Position numbers and translations under genes: made by a program. Below, piece after piece: positions 45,701 through 49,021 of a stretch of 64,000 nt of DNA. Below the pieces are notes generated by a model. The model was not told the DNA's origin. It worked only from the letters and a program-made list of their open reading frames with translations, and made no database searches. Numbering within the stretch: the first letter of the stretch is position 1; each line of letters begins with the position of its first letter. This DNA is from an uncultured Rhodospirillaceae bacterium (GTDB lineage: Bacteria > Pseudomonadota > Alphaproteobacteria > Rhodospirillales > UBA2165): assembly GCA_964574215.1 (NCBI GenBank), contig CAZNLR010000003.1, positions 78,746 to 142,745 on the forward strand, read 5' to 3'.

Positions 45701-47676
45701 TTGGTGGGATCGACGGTCAGGGTCACGGTTGCCGTCGATGTATCGCCGTCGGCGTCGGAAATCGTGTAGGTGAAACTGTCGGTACCGCTAAAGTCGGTAT
45801 CCGGCGTGTATTCGACCTGGCCGTCGACGATCTGCACCGAACCGTTTTCCGGTTGAGTAACGGAATCCAGGCTCAAGGCGCCGTCGCCACCCGTGTCATT
45901 GGCCAAAACGTCAATTCTTGTCGAGGAATCCTCATCGAGAGTAGCCGAGTCTCCAGTGGCTGTCGGCTTCAAATCTTCCGTCACAGGCTCGGGCTCATCA
46001 TCGGGATCGTCTTCGGGATCCGGGTCAGGATCGGGGTCAGGATCGGGGTCAGGATCGGGATCGGGATCAGGATCGGGATCACCCTCGCCGGGCAAACCGC
46101 CAGCCGTAACATTTTCATCGCCATAAACGAAGCCGGGATCATCGGGATCATCGGTGTCCGGACCGCCGTCGCCGGTGCCGTCACCGCCTTCGTCACCGTC
46201 ACCCTCGCCTTCTTCCTCACCGCCGCCGGCGGTTTCGAAACCGTCCAGATCCTCGTCGGTGACTTCGCCGTCTTCTGCCGCCCCTTCGCCGGTCTCCTCA
46301 GCAGTTTCTTCGTTAGATTCTTCCTCTTCCTGACCGGAGGCGGTTTCAAATCCGTCTAAATCTTCGTCGCCGACCTCATCCTCATCAGCTTCATCACCGG
46401 CCTGCTCTTCCGCGAATTCCTCTTCGCCGCCTTCCTCGCCTTCTTCATCACCGGCGTCAGCCTGCTCTTCGGCGAATTCTTCATCTTCGCCATCCTCTTC
46501 CTCTCCGGCGGCGGTTTCAAATTCCTCCAGTTCCTCTTCGGATTGTTCGCCTTCTTCCTCTTCGGCTAATTCCTCTTCTTCTCCCTCTTCTTCGGCGGCC
46601 GCTTCCTCTTCACCGGCTTCCTCTTCAGCGGCTTCTTCGGTCTCCTCTTCTTCCGCTTCGCTTTCCTCCTCACCTTCCTTGTCGGCATCGTCATCACCGA
46701 CACCATAATTATTGCCTGTTCCCACTTCGGTCGGCAGGGACTGCAGGGCGTTGCTGAAGGATTCGGCGATTTCCGCGCGATCGAAGACACGGGGTTCGGT
46801 CGGCGCCTGGTTGGAACTCAGCACGCTGGCGCCCTGATCAGGCAGGTTCAGAATCTGGATACCCGCGCTGTTGGAGATCACGACCTCGCCGACAAACCCG
46901 TCGGATTCCTCCATCAGCACGATCTTCATCGGCTCGCCGCCTTCACCGGTCAGATCGATACCGACCTGCGTACCGCGGATACCGATTGTGGCGACCGGGG
47001 TTTTAAGCACCATGGCGTCAGGATCGACTTTCGCCACCTGGCCGGAAACGAAGGTAAACACGCCCTTGAGGACGGACATGGATATATTGCCTTCCTGGGT
47101 GCCGGGGTCGTAGACCATTTCGTCCAACACCATGCGGCCGCTTTCCGCCATGGAGAATGTCGTTTCATCGGCAAGCACCACACCGACAGAGCCATCGGGG
47201 CTCGATTCCAGAACATCGCCCTGGAACACCGGATCACCGGTTTGTAATTCAACCCGTGTACCGTCGGCGCGGATGGCCGTTACCGTGCCGGAGACGCTTT
47301 CCACCTGACCAATGGGCTGGGCGTCCGCGGCGGGAGCGGACTGAGCATATTGACCATGGGTGGGGGAATTGACCTGGGCCAACCGGACGGCCGTGGTGCC
47401 GGCCAGTTCGCCGCCTTCGGGGGTGTGGAGATCGGGGGGAGGGTCTTGCTGATAATAGTCTTCGATAACGACCTGCTGGCCGTCGGGCGTCGTCAGAACC
47501 AGATCTGGGCCAGAGGGTACAAACTGGGCATCACCGAAATTAATGCCTTCAGGCAGATCGACAGGACCGTCGCCTGCTTCGAGGACAATCGCGTCAGGTG
47601 ATACCTGAGCGTCGCCGCCTAATTCTTCATTAATGGAATCCGAACCGCCACTGCCGGTTAATGTTTCATCAGCCAT
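30733..47676 (-). CDS. giant (~5,650 aa) RTX-type repeat adhesin, presumed type I secretion substrate (LapA/BAP-like)
   Basis: Uninterrupted ORF of 5,662 codons. The start was chosen at the ATG at 47676 (MADETLTG), 6 nt after GGAGGAGG. The parts are: an N-terminal beta domain, an acidic linker, at least ~25 cadherin/VCBS-like modules of ~100 aa joined by [TV]N[DE]xP[VI]A junctions (for example [12 protein letters not shown]), several non-repeat inserts, C-terminal GGxGxDxUx nonapeptides and an acidic tail. Confidence 0.9.
   Translation of the reverse strand: [5647 protein letters not shown]
31033..31221 (-). repeat. RTX nonapeptide (Ca2+-binding) repeat block within the adhesin
   Basis: [65 protein letters not shown], which is about seven GGxGxDxUx units. 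About 100 aa follow that would carry the secretion signal. Confidence 0.85.
31680..32185 (-). other. non-repeat beta-rich domain just upstream of the last module and RTX block (candidate ligand-binding domain)
   Basis: The sequence [23 protein letters not shown]...YMRVQLGG...[28 protein letters not shown]...[30 protein letters not shown] does not match the surrounding module pattern. The composition suggests a jelly-roll or lectin-like fold; this is an inference only. Confidence 0.4.
39615..40105 (-). other. DUF4114-like domain inserted in the adhesin
   Basis: [18 protein letters not shown]...FGFFIVKNG...[26 protein letters not shown]. The terminal G-F-E-D...D-x-D-Y-N-D-x-x-F block is the hallmark I recall for DUF4114. 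Confidence 0.6.
45991..46695 (-). repeat. ~235-aa acidic low-complexity linker (E/D/G/A-rich) of the adhesin
   Basis: ORF residues ~343-577: [42 protein letters not shown]...[14 protein letters not shown]...(DP)10...[10 protein letters not shown]. It contains three FETA[A/S/G]G motifs. Confidence 0.9.
46021..46080 (-). repeat. hexanucleotide tandem repeat (10 units) encoding (Asp-Pro)10
   Basis: The plus strand reads cgggtcaggatcggggtcaggatcggggtcaggatcgggatcgggatcaggatcgggatc, which is 10 x GGRTCN. It translates on the minus strand to [20 protein letters not shown]. Confidence 0.95.
46942..47313 (-). other. N-terminal FecR-like / retention-module-like beta domain of the adhesin
   Basis: [66 protein letters not shown]...[18 protein letters not shown]. 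This shares the pattern hGxVxxxxGxVxxxxxDGxxRxLxxGDxhxxGDxhxT seen at the N-termini of LapA-type adhesins (from memory). Confidence 0.6.
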
Positions 47677-47846
47677 TTTAGGCCTCCTCCGATCGGTCTT
47701 TGCCCAAAAATTGAAACCCACATTCTGTTGGTTTCCGTGGTCATCGCCGAAATTTCTCTATGGAAATTCCCACCCGGCGAATCGCTTTAGACGGACAAAA
47801 GTCATAAATTACCAGTTGTCATGCTATAGAAGAGTGGTAAAGAGTT

Positions 47847-47864
47847 CTGTGATGGCCATCACAG
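47847..47864. promoter_or_regulatory. perfect 18-bp palindrome in the adhesin / Sel1 divergent intergenic region (candidate operator)
   Basis: CTGTGATGGCCATCACAG is its own reverse complement. It lies 171 nt upstream of the adhesin ATG and 197 nt upstream of the Sel1-repeat gene ATG. Confidence 0.35.
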
Positions 47865-48060
47865 CGTGACCAATTATTTATGTCGGAAAACCACAATGAT
47901 CTACGGCGCTATTTTATGGTGACCACGGTAAATAACGGTAAGAACGGAAGTTGTAAGCTGCAGAACTGTACGGGGTGCCTTTATCCCGATAAGTAATATT
48001 ACCAATTTAAAAAAAATACTATTTTGACTATAAAATGGTAATCGGATGGAGGAGTAAAAG

Positions 48061-49002
48061 ATGCGCGCGCTAGGACTGGCCTGCCTTTTATTAATATCCT
48101 TGATTTCGACCGGTTACGCTGACTACCGAGCCGGCATTGAGGCCAACAAGAAACAGGATTTCATAACCGCCTTCCGGGAATTTAAACTTCTCGCCGATAG
48201 AGGGCAGGCGCCGTCCCAGTACAATATTGCCCTGCTGTACCATCACGGCAGGGGTGTCAAACGCAGTACTTCGAAAGCCTTTAAATGGTATCTTTTGGCG
48301 GCGAAACAAGGCCATGCGGGCGCCCAGAATAATTTGGGATCATTGTACCGAAGGGGGGACGGCACCAAGAGAAACTATGCCCAAGCGGCATATTGGTATG
48401 CGCAGGCGGCCCCCAGGCATCTCATTGCTAAAAATAATTTGGCCTACCTGCACCGTTATGGCTTGGGCGTAAAGAAAAGCAACAAGGAGGCGGCGCGACT
48501 CTATAAGGAAGCGGGCGACGCGGGCCACGCCAAGTCTATTTACGATCTCGGAAGACTTTACGAAAAAGGCAGAGGTGTTAAAAAAGATATCAAGGAGGCC
48601 GTCCGGCTCTATCGGAAAGCCGCCCTTAAAAAATATGCCCGCGCACAGTATTCCCTGGGACTACTTTATCAATCCGGCAAGGGTGTTCGCCAAAGCTTTG
48701 AACAGGCGGCGCGCTGGTACGAATTCGCCAAGGACCAGAGATATTCCTCCGCCTATTACGGGCTCGGTCTTCTGTACCGTGACGGTAAAGGCGTGGATAA
48801 AAACCTGAAAGAAGCAGCCCGGTTGCTCCGTCTGGGCGCCAAGAGAGGTCACCGTATCGCTCCCTACGAACTCGGCCAACTTTACGAAAAAGGTCTGGGG
48901 GTTGAGAAAAACCTCACGGAAGCCCTGAAATGGTATGAATTAGCCGTTAAAAGAGGCTTTGCCAGAGCCCGTGAAAGAGTAACCGCGCTCTCCGGTTCTT
49001 AA
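48061..49002 (+). CDS. Sel1-like repeat (SLR/TPR-family) protein with signal peptide
   Basis: 313-aa ORF after a GGAGGAG RBS. Signal-like N-terminus, then about seven units of the SLR pattern (A..WY.kAA.qGha.Aq.nLG.lY..G.GV.k.). Confidence 0.85.
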   Translation: MRALGLACLLLISLISTGYADYRAGIEANKKQDFITAFREFKLLADRGQAPSQYNIALLYHHGRGVKRSTSKAFKWYLLAAKQGHAGAQNNLGSLYRRGDGTKRNYAQAAYWYAQAAPRHLIAKNNLAYLHRYGLGVKKSNKEAARLYKEAGDAGHAKSIYDLGRLYEKGRGVKKDIKEAVRLYRKAALKKYARAQYSLGLLYQSGKGVRQSFEQAARWYEFAKDQRYSSAYYGLGLLYRDGKGVDKNLKEAARLLRLGAKRGHRIAPYELGQLYEKGLGVEKNLTEALKWYELAVKRGFARARERVTALSGS

Positions 49003-49021
49003 TTGCACCGACAGTTAAATC

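Noticed and set aside
47130-47340. PAAD (ORF residues 130-133) as the LapG-type cleavage site
   Set aside because: It lies upstream of the retention-like beta domain rather than after it, and it lacks the Gly that follows the di-alanine. The downstream TAAG in an E-x-TAAG context is the better candidate. PAAD is retained only as an alternative to test.
30721-47601. Dozens of long plus-strand ORFs (for example 30721..31410, 36739..37776, 39724..40794, 42760..43626 and 45277..46359) and alternative minus-frame ORFs inside the adhesin gene
   Set aside because: They are all nested within one uninterrupted minus-strand ORF of 5,662 codons that has clear protein-domain periodicity. Their translations are low-complexity (G/R/V/I-rich or S/P/T-rich) mirror images of the repeats. 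This is expected when a GC-rich, Asp/Gly/Thr/Val-biased gene leaves the other frames stop-poor.
30733-47676. Interpreting the tandem repeats as a CRISPR array, or the gene as an RTX pore-forming toxin
   Set aside because: The repeats are ~300-nt coding modules in one reading frame with no short repeat-spacer structure. There is no hydrophobic pore-forming region or acylation-site context, and the architecture matches adhesins.
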